DNA of 64,000 nt from an uncultured Actinomycetes bacterium (GCA_963755025.1 CAVWIH010000014.1:128001-192000), one strand, 5' to 3'. Shown: positions 21,386 to 33,259, counted from the first letter of the stretch. Notes: generated from the letters alone by a model not told the origin. A program made the numbers and translations.

Positions 21386-22852
21386 GTGAGCAGGCAAGCC
21401 ACAGCAGAGTCGCTGTCGAGCTGGCTGGCGACCGAAGAGGAGCTCGCGGCGCGCGGCAGAGGCGCGCACCTCAGTCTGGTGACCGAGGGCTGGCGCCCGG
21501 CGCGTGAGCACCGCGCGCTCGGCAAGGCCGCTCGCAAGACGGCGCCACGGCGCGGCCATGCGAATTGGGAGCCCGCCCCGGGGCGCCCCGACCCCATCGC
21601 CGCGCTGCGCGGTCAGGACGCCGATCGCGTACCCGAGCTCGTGCCCATCCGCTGGGGCCGCATGTCGATCTCGCCGTTCACCTTCTACCGCGGCGCGGCG
21701 CTGGTCATGGCGTCAGACCTCGCCACGACGCCCGTCTCGGGCCTGCGTGCGCAGCTCTGCGGCGACGCCCACGTCATGAACTTCGGCGTCTTCGCCGCGC
21801 CCGATCGGCGCCTGATCTTCGACATCAACGACTTCGACGAGACACTGCCGGGGCCTTGGGAGTGGGACGTCAAGCGTCTCGCGACGAGCGTCGTGATCGC
21901 GGCGCGCAACCGCGGGTTCACGGCGGACCAGGGCCGCGACGCGGCGCTGTCCGCGGTCTGCTCGTACCGTTCCTGGATGGCACGCTACGCCACCATGACC
22001 AACCGCGACGTGTGGTTCTCGCGAGTCACCGCCGACGACGCGCTGACCCTGGTCAGAGACATCGCGGGAGCCCGGACCAAGACCACCGCTGCGATGCTGG
22101 CCAAGGCCCGCGCCCACGACAGCGCGCACGCCTTCCACAAGCTCACCACGGTCGTCGACGGCCGGCCGCGCTTCATCGACAAACCGCCGCTGATCGCCCA
22201 CCTCACCGCCGAGCAGGCCGACCTGGCGACCGCCGGCCGCCAAGCCTTTGCTCACTACCGGCGCACGCTGTCGGTCGAGTGGCGCGCGATGCTCGACCGC
22301 TACGCCTTCGTCGACCTCGCCTTCAAGGTCGTCGGCGTGGGCAGCGTGGGCACCCGCGACCTCGTCGTGCTGCTCATGGGCCGCGACGACGGCGACCCCC
22401 TCATCCTGCAGCTGAAAGAGGCCGGACCCTCGGTGCTCGAGGCCTACGCCGGGCGCAGCCACTACCACAACCACGGCCACCGCGTGGTCGCCGGCCAGCG
22501 CCTCATGCAGGCGGCCGGCGACATGTTCCTGGGCTGGATCCGGGGCACGGGCCACGAGCACCTCGACCTCTACTGGCGCCAACTGCACGACCTCAAGGGC
22601 TCGATCCCCATAGACCGCGTGCGGCCCGCCGGCCTGTGCCTGTATGCCGGCCTGTGCGGCTGGACGCTGGCGCGCGCCCATGCCCGCTCCGGCGATCGCC
22701 TGGCGATCGCCGCGTACCTGGGCGCGAGTGACCGCTTCGATCAGGCCGTCGCCGACTTCGCCGCCGCCTACGCCGATCAGGCCGAGCGCGACTACGAGCT
22801 CATGATCAAGGCGATCAAGCGCGGCGAGATTCACGCCGAGACCGGCGTCTGA
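21386..22852 (+). CDS. DUF2252 family protein, copy 1 (start uncertain)
   Basis: PIRWGRM..SPFTFYRG, QLCGDAH..NFG, FDINDFDETLPGPWEWD, KVVGVGSVGT and LARAHARSGD. Confidence 0.88.
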   Translation: MSRQATAESLSSWLATEEELAARGRGAHLSLVTEGWRPAREHRALGKAARKTAPRRGHANWEPAPGRPDPIAALRGQDADRVPELVPIRWGRMSISPFTFYRGAALVMASDLATTPVSGLRAQLCGDAHVMNFGVFAAPDRRLIFDINDFDETLPGPWEWDVKRLATSVVIAARNRGFTADQGRDAALSAVCSYRSWMARYATMTNRDVWFSRVTADDALTLVRDIAGARTKTTAAMLAKARAHDSAHAFHKLTTVVDGRPRFIDKPPLIAHLTAEQADLATAGRQAFAHYRRTLSVEWRAMLDRYAFVDLAFKVVGVGSVGTRDLVVLLMGRDDGDPLILQLKEAGPSVLEAYAGRSHYHNHGHRVVAGQRLMQAAGDMFLGWIRGTGHEHLDLYWRQLHDLKGSIPIDRVRPAGLCLYAGLCGWTLARAHARSGDRLAIAAYLGASDRFDQAVADFAAAYADQAERDYELMIKAIKRGEIHAETGV

Positions 22853-23021
22853 CCCCCGCTTCTGACCCCCGCTCCTGGCCCGCCTGCCGCAGGCCGCGGT
22901 AGCCGACCACGGTCGCGGACGGCGCGCGGCGCACGCTCACGCGCTTCGCCGCGGCGACGCGTTGCCCCTCAGGTAGAATACGGCGTTCCTTTTGCAAGCG
23001 CCGACGAACCGAGGCCTGTCC

Positions 23022-24507
23022 ATGCTCACCGTGCTCCTGGCCGACCTGCACCTGGGCCTGTTCGGCAGGCTGTCGTGGTGGGTGCTGGTACCCCTGATCG
23101 TGTACTGGGCGATCGTCGTGGTGCTGCTCATCTACGACAACCGCGAGCCCAGCAGCACGCTGATCTGGCTGTTCGTGCTGGTCTTCCTGCCCGTCGTCGG
23201 CCTCGTCTTCTTCCTGTTCTTCGGCCGCGACTGGAAGGTGATCACGGCGCGCCGGCACTGGGCCGAAGGCTACGTCGCGGCCGTCAAGGCCAAGATGCGC
23301 CCGATCTACGAGCGCAACGCCGCCACCCAGGCACGGTTCGACGAGCTCTACGCCGACACTCCGGCGGCCGACATCTCGACCACCATCCGCGTCGACAGCG
23401 ACTCGTGGCCGCTGCCCGCCGACAGCGTCGAGATCTTCGCCACCGGCGCCGAGAAGTTCACCCGCCTCGAGCGCGACCTGGCCGCCGCCGACGCGCGTTC
23501 ATCCACATGGAGTACTTCATCTGGGAGCAGGACGAGCTCACGGCGCGCATCACCCAGATCCTGCTCGAGCGCCTCACGGCCGGCGTCGAGGTGCGCATAC
23601 TCTACGACTACATCGGCAGCATCAGCTTCAAGAAGGACGAGCTCAAGGAGCTGGCGGCGGCCGGCGCCCAGGTGAGCGCCGACGTGAAGTACCTCTTCAA
23701 GCTGAACTACCGCAACCACCGCAAGATCGTCGTGATCGACGGCGTCATCGGCTACACCGGCGGCATGAACCTGGGCCAGGAGTACATCGACGGCGGCAAG
23801 CGCTTCGCGAGCTGGCGCGACACCCACCTGCGCATCACCGGGCAAGCCGTCGCCGAGCTGCAGAAGCTGTTCGCCCTGCGCTGGTTCGAAGACGAGCACG
23901 AAGACCTGCTCGACGACCGCTACCTGCCCCCGGCCGAGAGCGGCGACCGCGACGGGTCAGGTCCTGACGCAGCTCGTCGCGCACACGATCGAAGACCCCT
24001 GGGAGGCCGGCCGCCGCGCCCACATGATCGCCATCTCGCAGGCCGACCGCACGGTGAAGATCCAGTCGCCGTACTTCGTGCCCGACCAGGGCATGTACGA
24101 CGCCATGATCAACGCCGCCCTTTCGGGCGTCGACCTGCGCTTCATGATGACCGGCATGATCGACAAGAAGCTGCCCTTCTGGGCGGCCCAGACCTACTAC
24201 GAGCCGCTGCTGCGCGCCGGCGCCCACGTCTACCTCTACGAGGCCGGCTTCTTCCACGCCAAGACGATCGCCGTCGACTCGCAGATCTGCGCGGTCGGCA
24301 CCATGAACATGGACATCCGCAGCCTGCGCCTGCACAAGGAGCTCATGCTCTGGATGTTCGACCAGGACCTCACCCGCCAGCTCGAGGTCGATCTTCGAGC
24401 GCGACCTGCTGCACTGCCGCGAGATGACCCTGGCCGACGTGCGCTCGGTGAGCCACTGGCAGCGCTTTCGCAACTCCTTCGCCCGGCTGTTCTCGTCCGA
24501 GATCTGA
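23022..24507 (+). CDS. cls: Cardiolipin synthase (about 3 apparent frameshifts)
   Basis: PLDc_N-type N-terminus; two HKD motifs, NHRKIVVID and FHAKTIAVD; WRDTH, SPYFVPD; ends FARLFSSEI*. Confidence 0.85.
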
Positions 24508-24810
24508 AAGCCACGCGCGCCACGGCGCGGCCGCGGGCCGGCGGGCGGCGCGCCGCGTGGCGCGGGCTCAAGGGCCGCGCGAGGGGCCCGCGCCGGGCCG
24601 AGCTCGCGGGCCGGGCGCGCGAGCGGCCCGACGCGCGCCCGCGCGATCCGTGGCGCCCAAGCGCCCCCAAACGGGACAGGTTTTCGCCCACCGCTGGTAT
24701 CTAGTACGGAGCAACCAGCCCTGCGGGCGGCCGAGCGCAGCGCGCCGATGACCGGCGGCTTTCAGAGAGTGACGGCGGCGCTCGCAGGGCGTGACGAAGG
24801 GGTCGCGACC

Positions 24811-25660
24811 ATGACCGAGACACAGCAGCCCGGGGCGGCGGCGCCCCGCCCACAGACGAGGAGCTCGCGGCGCACCGCCGCTCGGTGCTGGCGGTCGCCG
24901 AGGCGACCCACACGACGCGCCAGCTGCACTCGATGCGTCGAGTTCCGCGACGACCACTACGAGTGGCGCCGCCTGTTCTCGGAGCTGCTCGGCACCTTCA
25001 TGCTGGTCTTCGTGGCCGCCGGCGGCGGCATCGTCAACGCCAAGTTCGGCGGCAGCAACATCCCGCAGTTCATCCTGGTGACCGCGCCCGGCATGATGGT
25101 GCTCAGCATCATCCTCTTCATGGGCGCCGTCTCGGGCGCGCACCTGAACCCCGGGGTCAGCCTGGCCTTCGCCCTGCGCGGCGACTTTCCCTGGCGGCGC
25201 GTGCCGGGCTACATCGTGGTCCAGTTCGTCGGCGCCATCCTGGCCACGCTGCTGCTGGTCGCCCTGCTGGGCAAGCAGGGCAACGCCGGCCTCACCCTGC
25301 CCGGCCCCGGCATCAGCGCCACCACCGCCCTGCTCTGGGAGATCGTGCTCACCGACCGGCCTGGTGAGCGTCATCCTGGGCGTCTCGTCGGGCGCCCAGG
25401 CGGTGGGCTGGGGCGCCGCCCTCGGCGTCGGCAGCTTCATCGCCCTGGCCGGCATGATCGGCGCCTCGGTGAGCGGCGCCTCGATGAACACGGCGCGCTC
25501 GCTGGGACCGGCCATCGCCCTGTGGCGCTTCACCGACTGGTGGGTCTACCTGATCGGCCCGCCGGTCGGCGCCGTGATCGCCGTGGGCATCGCCTACGTG
25601 CTGCGCGGGCCGGGCGGCGACGCCACGGCGCGGCGGGCTGGCTCGGGGGCGCTGGGGTAG
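24811..25660 (+). CDS. Aquaporin / MIP family channel (apparent frameshifts)
   Basis: ELLGTF, VSGAHLNPGVS, EIVLT and SGASMNTARSLGP, spread over shifted frames. Confidence 0.82.
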
Positions 25661-25691
25661 GCGGGGGCGACGGCCCGGAGCGGCCGGGCCT

Positions 25692-26528
25692 TCAGCCCTT
25701 GGACCGCGCCTTGGCCTCGGCGGCCTCGCGGCGTTCGAGCGGCACGAAGGTGACCGCCAGGCCGGCCGGCCGCACCTCGACGATGGCCACCGTGGGACCG
25801 TCGTCTTCTTCGTGGGGCGCGCTCGCGCTGCCCGGGTCGAGGTAGAGCGTGCCGTCGACCCAGGCCGCCGCCGGCACGTGGTCGTGACCGTAGATCACGA
25901 GGTCGGGAGCCGCCGACTTGGGCAGGCCTTCGATGGTGCCCGCGGCGAGGTCCTTGAGCAGGCGCTTGCGCTTGTGGCCCACCACGAAGCGCACGCCGGC
26001 CACCTCGCCGACCACGTGCCGCGGCAGCGCGGCCGTAGGCCCGCCCGAGTCCATGTTGCCGACCACCGCCGTGACCGGCGCCACCGTGGCGAGCCGTTCC
26101 AGGATCTCAGGGTCGACGATGTCGCCGGCGTGGATGATGTGGCTCACGCCGCTGAAGACGTCGAGGACCGCCGGGTCGAGGTAGCCGTGGTTGTCGGAGA
26201 TGACGCCGATGCGCGCGGGCGACCCCACGGCAGCGTCGCTCGCCGCCTCGGCGGCGCCGGGCGCGGGCCCGCCGGCGGGCGCGGCGAACGAGCCCTCAGC
26301 CGCCTCGCGGCGGCTCGACTCGCCGGCCTGGCCGTGCCGCCCGCCGGCCGCCGCCCGGAGAGCGCCAGGCCCCAAGCGGCCGGTGGCGATCTGCCTGTCG
26401 CCGCGCGCTGCGGCCCACGCCGAGCCCAGGTCGTCGGGCGGCAGCCTGTTGAGGCTCTGTTCGAGGGCAGCCGGTAACCCCCGCCCGCTCATCATCGAGG
26501 CGAAACTCCCGTTCGTCTGCTCTGACAT
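25692..26528 (-). CDS. YfcE-like metallophosphoesterase with N-terminal extension
   Basis: ISDNHG, HAGD, VVGNMD, YGHDHVP and DPGS; RBS GGAGGAG. Confidence 0.85.
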   Translation of the reverse strand: MSEQTNGSFASMMSGRGLPAALEQSLNRLPPDDLGSAWAAARGDRQIATGRLGPGALRAAAGGRHGQAGESSRREAAEGSFAAPAGGPAPGAAEAASDAAVGSPARIGVISDNHGYLDPAVLDVFSGVSHIIHAGDIVDPEILERLATVAPVTAVVGNMDSGGPTAALPRHVVGEVAGVRFVVGHKRKRLLKDLAAGTIEGLPKSAAPDLVIYGHDHVPAAAWVDGTLYLDPGSASAPHEEDDGPTVAIVEVRPAGLAVTFVPLERREAAEAKARSKG

Positions 26529-26789
26529 GGACTCCTCCGTGGCGCCCGCTTGCGCTCAGCCGCCGGCCGAGCGCGGCCGGCTACTCAACACACGAGCGCC
26601 ACCGGCACGCGTCGGATCTGCACCCGGATGATGCACCCGAACGGCGCAGTAGAAACGTCGGTCGCCGTCAACGGGTTAAGCGGTGTGTGTTGCGGCGAGT
26701 GTACTAAGCGATGGATCCATCCACTGGGGATCGCGCTTCGGCCGCGAACGGGCGCGGGCGAGCCCCGCAGCAACGAGGAGAGTCACCTT

Positions 26790-27236
26790 ATGGACAACGA
26801 GATGCGACGCGGTTTCGGCTGGCTGGCTTTCGCCGGTTACGTCCTGATCATCGCCGGTGTCTTCAGCATGATCGACGGCATCGTGGCGCTGGCGAACGCC
26901 AGCTTCTTCACGGCAAACGCCCACTATGTCTTCAGTGACCTGCGCACCTGGGGCTGGATCACGCTGATCGTGGGCATCGTCGAGACCCTGGCCGGGTTCG
27001 GCGTCTTCACCGGCAGCCAGGTGGCGCGCTGGTTCGGCATCGTCATCGCCGGCCTGAGCGCCATCGGGCAGCTCATGTTCGCCCAGGCCTACCCCTTGTG
27101 GAGCCTGATCATCATCGCCGTCGACATGCTGGTCATCTACGGCCTGGCCGTGTACGGCGGCAGGGTCGCCAGCGAGGCGGCGCGGCTGCAGGACGTCTCG
27201 GGCTCAGAGACCGACCGCGAGCGCCGCGCGGCGTAG
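26790..27236 (+). CDS. Small 4-TM membrane protein (DUF7144-like)
   Basis: RBS GAGGAG; GWLAFAG, WGWITL, ARWFGI and YPLWSLIIIA. Confidence 0.8.
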   Translation: MDNEMRRGFGWLAFAGYVLIIAGVFSMIDGIVALANASFFTANAHYVFSDLRTWGWITLIVGIVETLAGFGVFTGSQVARWFGIVIAGLSAIGQLMFAQAYPLWSLIIIAVDMLVIYGLAVYGGRVASEAARLQDVSGSETDRERRAA

Positions 27237-27262
27237 CCGCTCGGTCCGGGACCGACGCAGGC

Positions 27263-27303
27263 GCGGGCGGGCGGGCCGGCCTTGGGCCGGCCCGCCCGCC
27301 CGC
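27263..27303. terminator. Perfect 19-bp-stem hairpin between convergent genes
   Basis: gcgggcgggcgggccggcc-ttg-ggccggcccgcccgcccgc, followed by ttt. Confidence 0.75.
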
Positions 27304-27305
27304 TT

Positions 27306-28244
27306 TCAGTGCCCGTCGGCGGACGCGGGCGCGGCGGCAGAGCCGCCGTCTTCTGCTTCGAGCTCGGCCTTGGCCTGAGCCAGCTCGCTGAGCGCGGCCG
27401 GGTCGAGCTTGGGGTAGCGCGGGTCTATGTCTTTGAGGGCTTCGATGATCACGGCCGCGGCCGCGGCGCGCGCGAACCACTTGTGATCGGCCGGAATGAC
27501 GTGCCACGGCGCCCACGGCGTGCTGGTCGCCGACAGCATCTCGGAGAAGGCCCTCTGATAGTCGTCCCAGTAGCCCCGCTCGTGCACGTCGTGGGCCGAG
27601 AACTTCCAGTTCTTCTCGGGCATGTCGATGCGCTCCAGAAAGCGCTTGCGCTGCTCGTCTTTGGAGACGTTCAGCAGCAGCTTCACGACGCGGATGCCGT
27701 TGTCTGAGAGCATGTGCTCCCAGTCGTTGATCTCGCGGTAGCGGCGCTTCCACACGTCGCGCCGCGTGGCGGCCTTGGGCAGGCGCTGGGCCGCCAGCAG
27801 CTCGGGGTGGACGCGCACAACGAGGACCTCTTCGTAGTGCGAGCGGTTGAAGATGCCGATCTCGCCGCGCCCCGGCAGGCGCCGCGCATAGCGCCACAGG
27901 AAGTCGTGATCGAGCTCCTCGGGCGAGGGCACCTTGAAGCTCGAGACCGTGACACCCTGGGGGTTGACGCCGCTCATGACGTGGCGGATGGTGCCGTCCT
28001 TGCCGGCGGCGTCGAGGGCCTGCAGGACGACGAGCACGCCCCAGGTGTCCTGCGCGGCGAGGCGCGCCTGGTAGTCGGTGAGCTGCGTCACGCCGTGTTG
28101 CAGGAGCTCCTCGCCGTCGCGCTTCTTCAGGTAGTGGCCCTTGAAGGCCGGGTCGAAGTCGCGCGCGAGGCGCACCCGGCGCCCGGGCTCGACACGGAAG
28201 GGCGCGATGAACCCGCCGAGGTCGCGGAGGGTGGTGTCGGCCAC
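27306..28244 (-). CDS. ppk2: Polyphosphate kinase 2 family protein
   Basis: QALDAAGKDGTI, GVNPQG, FNRSHYEEVL, NWKFS and PWHVIPAD. Confidence 0.93.
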   Translation of the reverse strand: MADTTLRDLGGFIAPFRVEPGRRVRLARDFDPAFKGHYLKKRDGEELLQHGVTQLTDYQARLAAQDTWGVLVVLQALDAAGKDGTIRHVMSGVNPQGVTVSSFKVPSPEELDHDFLWRYARRLPGRGEIGIFNRSHYEEVLVVRVHPELLAAQRLPKAATRRDVWKRRYREINDWEHMLSDNGIRVVKLLLNVSKDEQRKRFLERIDMPEKNWKFSAHDVHERGYWDDYQRAFSEMLSATSTPWAPWHVIPADHKWFARAAAAAVIIEALKDIDPRYPKLDPAALSELAQAKAELEAEDGGSAAAPASADGH

Positions 28245-28322
28245 GTCGCGGCTCCTTTCGCTCGTCCTGGTGAGCGGCGCACGGAAGTGCCCGGCGCCGA
28301 TCCTACGATCATGTCAGCAGGA

Positions 28323-28349
28323 GGCGGGCGGGGCAATGCCCCGCCCGCC
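28323..28349. terminator. GC hairpin between HAD and ppk2 genes
   Basis: ggcgggcggggc-aat-gccccgcccgcc. Confidence 0.5.
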
Positions 28350-28443
28350 CCGCCCCCGCTTGCCTCCTGGAGGATGCGTGCGCCTGTGTGACGCCGCGCT
28401 CGGCGTGCGGAGAGCGTCGCCGCCTGCGAAAACCGCGGCGCGC

Positions 28444-29379
28444 CTAGGCCCAGACGGTCTTCCAGTCGTCCTTCATGCTGACCACGACCCAGCCTCGCTG
28501 CGCGGCCAGCTGCAAGGCCTTTCCGGCGCCCTCGTCGTAGGCGTACTCGCGCTCGGCGTCGTCGTGGTGCACCAGCAGGCAAAGGCTCGGGCCGGAGTGT
28601 CCGGCGGCGTACTTGAGCATGTGGATGTCGCCGTCGGAGTTGCCGCCGGCAACGATCGGCCGGCGCCCGGTGGCGCGGTGGATGTGCAGCGGCTTGCCGG
28701 GGCCGTCGTCGATGGGCTGCTCGATCTCCTTGGTGCGCACGACCTGCGCCACCCCGTGCGCGTCTTCGGCGTAGCTGAACGTGACGCTGCTGCCGATGGC
28801 TCGCGCCCGCGGCACGCCGTAGACCTCCTCGCAGACGGCGCGCATGAAGTCGCGCCCGCCCCCCGAAGTGAGGAAGACCTGAAAGCCGTTGTCGCGCAGG
28901 TAGTGGAGCAGCTCGACCATGGGCCGGTAGACCAGCTGCCTGTACGGCTTGTCGAAGCGCGCGTCGCGCGCGGTGCTCAGGAACTCGAGCGCGTCGGCTT
29001 CGAACTCCTCGACCGTCAGGCCCTCGAAGGCCTCGGTCATGCCCGAGGCGAGCATGATGACGCCGCTCGGGTCGCCCGCGGCGTAGTCGGCCTGGACCTT
29101 GGCGAACCAGGCCATGTCGTGCTCGACGACCGCCTTGAACGGCTGGCGCTCGCGCAGCTCCGGGTGCGCGGCGGCGAGCTTGCCGATGGCGCCCAGGCCG
29201 TGCTGCAGCTGGATGTACATCGGTTTCTCGAGCCACAGCGTGCCGTCGTTGTCGAAGGTGGCGATCCGCGCCGCGGGCGGCACGAAGTCCTCTTCGCCCG
29301 CGGTCGTCACGCGCCTGACGAAGTCGCAGATCGCGCTCCTGGCGGCGCCGTCGCGCCACGAGGCAAGCGTGCCGGTCAT
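28444..29379 (-). CDS. HAD family hydrolase (nonspecific acid phosphatase-like)
   Basis: FDNDGTLW, SGGGRDFMR and GNSDGDIHML. Confidence 0.9.
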   Translation of the reverse strand: MTGTLASWRDGAARSAICDFVRRVTTAGEEDFVPPAARIATFDNDGTLWLEKPMYIQLQHGLGAIGKLAAAHPELRERQPFKAVVEHDMAWFAKVQADYAAGDPSGVIMLASGMTEAFEGLTVEEFEADALEFLSTARDARFDKPYRQLVYRPMVELLHYLRDNGFQVFLTSGGGRDFMRAVCEEVYGVPRARAIGSSVTFSYAEDAHGVAQVVRTKEIEQPIDDGPGKPLHIHRATGRRPIVAGGNSDGDIHMLKYAAGHSGPSLCLLVHHDDAEREYAYDEGAGKALQLAAQRGWVVVSMKDDWKTVWA

Positions 29380-29446
29380 CGTGCTCCTCTCAACGCCAGA
29401 GCTTCTGTCATCGCGCCCCTCTCCCGATCGGTTGCTCGGCGACCGA

Positions 29447-29486
29447 GCGGGGGCGCGGGCGGCTTTTCAGCCGCCCGCGCCCCCGC
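29447..29486. terminator. Perfect 18-bp-stem hairpin downstream of the sulfatase
   Basis: gcgggggcgcgggcggct-tttc-agccgcccgcgcccccgc. Confidence 0.7.
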
Positions 29487-29526
29487 CTTCGTCAGTCTGG
29501 CCGGCCGTCCGTCAGCATCCGGCGCA

Positions 29527-31899
29527 TCACTCGCGCATCAACATCAGTTGGGCTTCGCGCTCCAGGTCGACGTAGGGCTCGCCGCTCACGTCGACGGCGA
29601 CCCGGTCGATCGTGCCGCCGGTGAAGGTCCAGGGCGACTCGCCGGGGTAGTCGTCGGTGATCGGCTCGGCGCTGTCGCGACCGACGCACAGGCCCTCGCC
29701 GGCGAGCGAGAACATGCCGGGCTGGGTCTTGATACGGCCCTCGCCGACCTTCTTGTCGCCGTGGTAGAGCGAGAGGATGCCGGTCGCCACGTGCGGCGGA
29801 TCCTCGCCGTCCTTCTCAAAGGCGGCCGACAGGATCAGCTTCTTGCCGGTCGGCACGTCTTCGGTGGCGTCGATCTTCTGCTCGAACATGCCGACGAAGT
29901 TGTTCACGTAGTGCAGCCGGTTGTCCTTGACGTACAGGGCATGGCCGCCGAAGCGCGAGCCGTGCGCGAACAGCACGCCCTGCGCCCCGGGCGCGGGGAT
30001 GTCGACCAGCGCCCCGATCGTGAAGGAGCGGTTGCGGATGTTCACGGCCTGCGCCTCGGGCACCTCGGCGGTGTCGGGGAAGTAGACGTAGCGGTCGCGC
30101 GGCGAGGCCAGCTGCGGGCCGCGGCGTCGGTGATGATCTCCAGCGGCCGACCGGTCATCGAGCGGGAAGGCGTCGTTCGCGCCGGCCTCGGCGAACCACA
30201 GGTTGACCAGCTCCCGCAGCTTGTCCGGGTGCTCGGCGGCCAGGTCGTGCAGCTCGGCGCGGTCGACGTCGGTGTGGTACAGCTCCCAGGTGTCGTCGTT
30301 GAAGTCGCTCCAGCCGCTGAGCGTCGGATGGGTGGTGACGGCCTTCCAGCCGTCGTGCCAGATCGCCGCGCGAGCCGAGCATGGAGTAGAACTGCGTCTT
30401 GCGCGCGCCGTCGGCGCCGTGGCGTCGTCGAAGCTGTAGCGCATGCTCACGCCGTCGAAGGCGCTCTGCACGTGGCCCTTGATGGTCGCGGGGGCCTCGA
30501 CGCCGAGCACGTCGAGGACCGTCGGCACGAGGTCGATCGCGTGGTGGTACTGATGCCGCATCTCGCCCCTTGGCCTTCATGCCGGCCGGCCACGAGATGA
30601 TGCACGGGTCGGCGCGTGCCGCCGTTGAACTCGTAGCGCTTCCACATCTTGAACGGCGTGTTGAAGGCCATCGCCCAGCCGTTCGGGTAGTGGTTGTAGG
30701 TCCTGGTCCCGCCGAGCTCGTCGAGCATGGCGAGGTTCGGCTCGATGTCGTCGGGCATGCCGTTGGCGAACACGTTCTCGTTGACCGAGCCGTTCGGGAC
30801 CGCCCTCGCCGCTGGCGCCGTTGTCGGACACCAGGATGACCAGCGTGTTCTCGCGCTGCCCGGTCTCCTCGAGGTAGTCGAGCAGGCGGCCGATGTGGTG
30901 GTCGGCGTGGGCCAGGAAGCCGGCGTAGACCTCGGCCATGCGGCTGAACAGCGCGCTTCTCGTCGTCGGTCAGCGAGTCCCACGGCCGGGTGACGTCGAG
31001 CGCCGGGAACGGCTGGCCCTCGGGGCCCTTTCGGGTCTCGGGCGTGCCGATCGGGTTGATCGGCGGCAGCTCGGTGTCGGCCGGCACGATGCCCAGCTTC
31101 TTCTGGCGGGCCAGGGTCTGCTCGCGCATCGCCTCGTAGCCCATGTCGAAGCGGCCCTTGTACTTGTCGGCCCACTCCTTGGACACGTGGTGCGGCGCAT
31201 GGCAGGCGCCCGGCGCGTAGTAGAGGAAGAAGGGCTTGTCGGGCGCGACCGCCTTGGCGTCCTTGATGAACTCGATGCGCCTTGTCGGTGATGTCGTCGG
31301 TCAGGTGGTAGCCCTCGGCCGGCGACTTCGGCTGGTCGACCGGGTGGTTGTCGTAGACCAGGTCCGGATACCACTGGTTGGTCTCGGCGCCCAGGAAGCC
31401 GTACCAGCGCTCGAAGCCGCGGCCGGTCGGCCAGTTGCGCCGCGGTCGAGGCGAGGTTCATCTCGTCGGTCGGGCACAGGTGCCACTTGCCCACCATGTA
31501 GGTGTTCCAGCCGCGCTCGCCGAGGATCTCGGAGAGCATGCCGTTCTCGGGCGGGATGGTGCCGCTGGCGTTCGGGAAAGCCGATCGGCCGCCTCGGTGA
31601 TGCAGGCCATGCAGTTGCGCGTGTGGTTGCGGCCGGTGAGCAGGCAGGAGCGCGTCGGCGAGCACAGCGCCGTCGTGTGCCACTGCGTGTAGCGCAGGCC
31701 GTCGGCGGCGATCCGGTCGATGTTCGGCGTCTCGATCGGGCCCGCCGTAGCAGCCCATCGCGCTGAAGCCGACGTCGTCGAGCACGATGTAGACGACGTT
31801 GGGCGCGCCCTCGGGCGCCTTCGGCGGCTCGAACGGCGCCCAGTCGGGCGTGGAGTCGCGGATGTCGACGTTGACGACGCCCTTGAACGGCTTGCTCAT
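29527..31899 (-). CDS. Arylsulfatase, Cys-type (many apparent frameshifts)
   Basis: [26 protein letters not shown] (read from about 31620-31680), GKWHL, SDNGAS, NTPF and WELY; fragments spread over several frames. Confidence 0.88.
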
Positions 31900-32102
31900 G
31901 GCGGTCCCCCTGGGTGGCTCCTGTGGGCGCGCCCTCCGGTGACTTCGGGCGGGCGGTGCATGTTCTGGTCGTAGCAGCCTACCCCAGCGCCCGCTTCACT
32001 GCGGCGTTAGCGTTGGCCGAGCCCCCGGATGAAGGGCGTGCCGCCCGAGCGTGCGCGACGGCGGTCGGGCGCGAACGCCCACCGCCGGCGAACTCGGCGG
32101 CT

Positions 32103-33259
32103 TCAGCGATCGCGGCGCGGCCTGCCGAGCAGCGCCGTGGCCCAGCCCGACTCGTCGTAGGCCTCGATGAACAGGCGCCGCACGAGCAGGGTCATGGGCA
32201 CCGCCAGCAGCCCGCCGAGCAGCCCCAGGACCCAGCCCCAGACGACCACCGAGAGCACCACCGTGAGCGGCGACAGGTTCGTGTGGTGGGCCACCAGGCG
32301 GCGCCCGACGACGTTGCCGATGACCGCGTAGATGAGCAGGATGCCGAGCACGACCGCGAGGGCCTGCCACCAGCCCATCTCGAGCAAGGCGAGAAAGGCC
32401 GGGGGCGCCATGGCCAGCAGCCCGCCGAGGGTGGGGATGAACGCCATGAAGAAGGAGAGCAGGCCCCAGAGCGGCGCGTAGTGCACGCCCAGCACCAGCA
32501 GGAACACGGTGACAGCGGCGCCTTCGATGGCGCCGGTGATGGTCGTGGCCTGCACGAAGCGGCGCATGTCACGGGTGAAGTCCTCGAGCCGCGAGAGCGA
32601 ACGGCCCACGCGCGGCGGCGTGCTGGCGAAGCGCAGGCTGATGGTGCTCGCCTCGCCCAGCATGAACAGCACGAGCAGCAGCGTGAGCAGGCCCAGCGAG
32701 ACGGCGTGCTTCACGGCGTGGAGGACCTTGACGGTCAACGACACGACGTGGTGGGGGTCGAGCGGGGCGTTCGATCCCTTCGTCAGCCCCGAAGCGTGGA
32801 TGCCCAGGCTGGTTGAGCGCGTCGGTCGCGTGCTGCCAGCGCGCGGCGAGCTCGGCCTGATAGCGCGGGACCTCGGCGATCAGCCGGGCGACGCCGATCG
32901 AGGCCAGCCGCCACCACGGCGGCCACAGCCACCAGGGTGACCACGACGGTGATCAGCCAGGCGAGCCACAGCGGCAGCCCCTTGCGCACGAGCAGGTGCA
33001 GCAACGGCGAGACCGCCATGGTGATGACGACGGCCAGCAGGAGCGGGTTGATGACCGAGGCCGCGGAGCGCATGAAGACCAGCACGATCGCGCCGGCGGC
33101 CAGGCTGAGCAGCAGGCGCAGGCTCGGCGTGAGACCGAGCGAGGCGCCGCCCAGTGCGGCTTCGCTGCCGGGAACGCCGGGGTCACGGGGGCCGGGGTCG
33201 TGGCCGCGCGGCGCACCGGGCGGACCCTGCGCTTCGCCGGCATCGTGCCCGTCAGGCAT
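32103..33259 (-). CDS. AI-2E family transporter (frameshifted near 32770-32910)
   Basis: Two in-line fragments; FIPTLG, LSPLTVVLSVVVWGWVLG and LAVPMT. Confidence 0.82.
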
